This document shows positions 24,901-25,114 of a stretch of DNA of 25,114 nt, piece after piece. Location of the stretch: positions 1 through 25,114 of IMG/VR virus record IMGVR_UViG_3300032050_000748. One strand, given 5' to 3'. The DNA is from a virus (taxonomy: Duplodnaviria > Caudoviricetes). Position numbers and translations under genes: made by a program. The stretch's first letter is position 1. Every line of letters begins with the position of its first letter. The notes under the pieces are model-generated. The model was not told the DNA's origin. It saw only the letters and a program-made list of their open reading frames with translations, and ran no database searches.

Positions 24901-25114
24901 GCCAATATCGACGCAGTCAACGGACAGTTGCAAGACGCGCAGACTGACATGGCGCTGTTGGACTCCGCCCTGTCTGTGTTGGACGGCCAGTTGCAGTCCT
25001 TTGCCGCCGTCCAGAAACTTGCCACACTGCTCGACAAGGCCCCTTCTGTGGAGCGTATTGATCAGGCCAAGCAAGAGTTTGCCGCTGTTCGGGCCGAACT
25101 TGATGTCTTGCAAA
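21991..25114 (+). CDS. Giant internal virion/ejection protein (gp16-like position), 3'-truncated, more than 1040 aa (not in ORF track)
   Basis: Frame open from ATG 21991 (MAKYLQLPNGDSLKVPDDMSYEEA) to the window end; Ala/Gly hydrophobic segments, EGFTETVQQVLER motif, long coiled coils. Confidence 0.88.
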   Translation, partial: MAKYLQLPNGDSLKVPDDMSYEEAMSTAKTKFPDLFAEKPKEDTKGFKAAMSAGATRLGGEFELLKGKLGIKSEAEAQKEYEAAQKRAQARFTPTEEGWTEAPFQKFKETLGGSIPYMAAPAAAGLAALAAPVTAPVAAGLGLLGAGAVSTGQFTGSNLAAQMDTGKTLEQTSGAAALGAAIPQALIDTAAMALVPGVGKLFGSVGSKLTTEQAKAIASQTLGKAAMDYTAKTGAAMGREGFTETVQQVLERLQAGTNLTDPEARKEYIESFIGGAVLGGAIAPVGRAFERGGAKSQAAKAEREERNAATQAAAEQERIAAEKEAAERDTAPYAIQVGQQYDTLLQEFQTKQAALKKPGKDADPAAKAEYADAQKEVQALNAQLKELVPEYRRTKAIRAQALAAEETAAEEARKAGLSPEEFAAEQASVQAGIAAPTKVAPVEGDPFAMVQRVDPVQAYVAERKALADQQMMTPPTVADYASYIMADPLKAMDVVKTQTPMPGLTKAQNKALLGGLELQLKEYDKTRQAQGMQGTAASQQRVSEVEAEEQAALEEQRAQAERDIAEAQREQALGGEFAGLQRMKAAPAGISDQFSLFGTEQAPPAGSAAMGQMQQKLAGEDVTFTAEEDKPRNLRRVPGAEFKLRGRNEGTAPVTREELADRLNRVLITYDLSPEAVDLLQRAEKALPQSGADYFSLLDEQLAQIESGAEGVPRKGQERTLDLQTFPAAPAQQARASTTAPTEAGPRQIEPNRSVAPGSAESGLKTPIEQPEAEDRRTGMRGAADVTKRIADTTPSTLRGPSTRAGELSLARELEEPLLRQEEAARVDTGQKSLFPEEQEKLGAIKTNRGLFQIFMKSKFVQNLRQQLRRDEEIAKRAQAIPALEKRANALVAEIEDILQQYAEYRSAEAVVNANKDVAKAKRDMAEIRAAAGKTTVDRMLLAGAIEDLKQARKQVIEQGYTEGGVQELIANIDAVNGQLQDAQTDMALLDSALSVLDGQLQSFAAVQKLATLLDKAPSVERIDQAKQEFAAVRAELDVLQ

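Larger units (their letters stand above)
1..25114 (+). mobile_element. Tailed bacteriophage (Caudoviricetes, podovirus-like) structural and lysis module
   Basis: About 29 contiguous + strand ORFs with ATGA/TAATG/TGATG overlaps; tail fibre with S74 chaperone, lysozyme, holins, P22-like order of hub, needle, GNAT and ejection proteins; no host genes or integrase in the window. Confidence 0.97.

Noticed and set aside
1-25114. Stop codon reassignment, since no called gene ends in TAG
   Set aside because: All genes are intact under the standard code with no in-frame TAG; low TAG use is ordinary

Overview
The whole window is one co-directional (+ strand), tightly packed virion morphogenesis and lysis region of a tailed dsDNA phage. 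The layout is podovirus/P22-like and the host is probably Gram-negative (lipoprotein, GH24 lysozyme). In order it holds: small Lys-rich proteins, two head-tail adaptor-like genes, tail accessory proteins, a free-standing HNH-family endonuclease insertion, a peptidase-S74 tail fibre, a second fibre, a glycine-rich adhesin, a cupin, a lipoprotein, a lysis cassette (T4-T-like holin, 3TM holin, lysozyme), a gp10-like tail hub, a needle-like protein, a GNAT-like protein and four internal/ejection proteins. The last of these starts at 21991, runs off the window and is missing from the ORF track. Most notable: (1) a recurring [F/Y/M/L]-x2-3-G-G peptide tag shared by small basic proteins and ejection proteins; (2) an endonuclease cassette that appears to have duplicated and recoded the host gene's 3' end, with a sigma70-like promoter firing inside an RBS-sequestering hairpin; (3) two beta-clamp-like QxSLF motifs in the giant ejection protein; (4) two holin types plus unexplained envelope proteins; (5) a perfect 42-bp tandem duplication of the tail fibre translation start. 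All family calls come from visual motif recognition; no database searches were run.
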